A DNA stretch of 32,000 nucleotides. Origin: Nautilia sp. PV-1 (lineage in GTDB: Bacteria; Campylobacterota; Campylobacteria; Campylobacterales; Nautiliaceae). Of this stretch, positions 29,497-32,000 are shown piece by piece. The stretch lies in the NCBI RefSeq assembly GCF_004006315.1, contig NZ_CP026530.1, positions 159,618 to 191,617 on the forward strand, read 5' to 3'. The stretch's first letter is position 1. Each line of letters starts with the position of its first letter. The notes under the pieces were generated by a model. The model was not told the origin of the DNA. It saw nothing but the letters and a program-made list of their open reading frames with translations, and did no database searches. A program made the translations under genes and the position numbers.

Positions 29497-30333
29497 TCAA
29501 ATATTTTTGTTTGTTTTTATGAAAAAAGTAAGTGTGGCAATCATTAAAGATATGCCGGCAAACAGCCAAAAAGCATTCGACATTAATGATATGTTTTTTA
29601 ACGATATTTTAAATACCAGCATTAACGCTTCTATTGAAAGCGCTATAAGAATTGAAATAATAAATTTTACAAACGTTTTCTTTTCTATATTTTCGTCTTT
29701 TTTAAAGCTTTTAAAAAACACCTCCTGTTCGAGCAGCGTTTTTGAAAGGTCGAATATTGCAATTGCAATTGTGATGTAAATTATCGGTTTGAAAAAAGAC
29801 ATAATTGAAAGTTCTCCGTATTTGAATATTTCGTATACCGAATATGCCAGTATTGAAAATGATAAAAACATCATAAAAAATCCGCTCAGGGCGTAAAACA
29901 GCTTGGTTGTGGAATCAAATACGGTATGGGTTTCCAGAAGTTTTAGCCTTTCAAGCAGCGTTTTTAAATTAAAATCCAAAAAAAGCGTTTTTTCATTTTG
30001 AGGAATCGCTAAAGTAATGCATATATTTCCTGTGGCGGAGCTTTTATAAGGCGTACTCATTAAAGAGTTTTTGAAATCTATTTTTTTAAACAGATATTGT
30101 CTTGATTTTCCTTTTTCGTTTCCGTCTTCTTTGTTTCTGTAATAATTAGGAGAAATTTGTGTTTTTGACTCATTGTCTACCACATATATCAGTTCTAAAG
30201 ATTTAAAATATTCAAATAGATGTTTCAAATTATGTTCTGAAAGAAGATTTGATGTGGTATTTAAAATGGTGTCTTTTAAAAATGATTCTATAAAAAATCT
30301 GTTTTGTTCGTATATTTCAAGCAGTTCATTCAC
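29497..30333 (-). CDS. Membrane protein: N-terminal soluble Cache/PDC-like domain plus four C-terminal TM helices
   Basis: 278 aa with no signal peptide. YVVDNESKTQISPNYY...STPYKSSATGNICITLAIP fits the Cache/PDC pattern. Four hydrophobic helices between about residues 146 and 272. Confidence 0.5.
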   Translation of the reverse strand: MNELLEIYEQNRFFIESFLKDTILNTTSNLLSEHNLKHLFEYFKSLELIYVVDNESKTQISPNYYRNKEDGNEKGKSRQYLFKKIDFKNSLMSTPYKSSATGNICITLAIPQNEKTLFLDFNLKTLLERLKLLETHTVFDSTTKLFYALSGFFMMFLSFSILAYSVYEIFKYGELSIMSFFKPIIYITIAIAIFDLSKTLLEQEVFFKSFKKDENIEKKTFVKFIISILIALSIEALMLVFKISLKNISLMSNAFWLFAGISLMIATLTFFIKTNKNI

Positions 30334-30380
30334 TGTAAGCCTTTTTTTGGTGATTTATAAAGCTGAATGTGAAATATTGA

Positions 30381-30416
30381 ATTTAAAAAGGAAGTAAAAG
30401 AAAGAACTCTTTTACT
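30381..30416 (-). terminator. Rho-independent terminator after amtB
   Basis: On the minus strand: AGTAAAAG / CTTTTACT 8-bp stem (30409-30416 / 30393-30400), 8-nt loop, followed by TCCTTTTTAAAT. Confidence 0.6.
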
Positions 30417-30419
30417 TGA

Positions 30420-32000
<1,581 letters not shown>

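Overview
AT-rich, gene-dense chromosomal window. Gene content and protein signatures (an HP1043/HsrA-CosR-like orphan regulator, a YfhL-type ferredoxin next to ppx/gppA, modA-mop-modB-modC synteny) point to a Campylobacterota (epsilonproteobacterial) genome; this is an inference, not a database result. Layout: (1) 1-7700, str cluster rpoC(partial)-rpsL-rpsG-fusA with unusually structured spacers. (2) 7796-13503, corA-like transporter, modD and small hypothetical, lipoprotein and enzyme genes. (3) 13547-17611, molybdate locus modA-mop-modB-modC followed by a second, divergent modA/modB pair with no ATPase. Three palindromic ModE-type operators (CGTTATATA-N6-TATATAACG) sit at modD, modA and modA2, and no ModE gene is in the window. 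(4) 17603-20760, minus-strand array nadA-nadC-antitoxin-ParE/RelE toxin-PhoH-like. The AT-rich TA cassette abuts an in-frame PIN-domain remnant of what looks like a decapitated PIN-PhoH (PhoH2) gene. (5) 20838-27283, plsY, folB, then a tightly coupled chain: HsrA-like regulator, ferredoxin, ppx/gppA, lipoprotein, FAD oxidoreductase, orphan livG-livF. (6) 27280-30333, four overlapping minus-strand genes: Cache-like/4TM protein, GAFTGA-less AAA+/Fis-HTH protein, PAS plus degenerate-kinase-like protein, DEDDh exonuclease. They lie directly downstream of glnK-amtB (30420-32000). I consider this the best candidate for an undescribed system (a degenerate NtrB/NtrC-like signalling module coupled to a nuclease). 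No rRNA, tRNA, CRISPR array, transposase or integrase was recognised. All homology statements come from reading motifs by eye; no searches were run.
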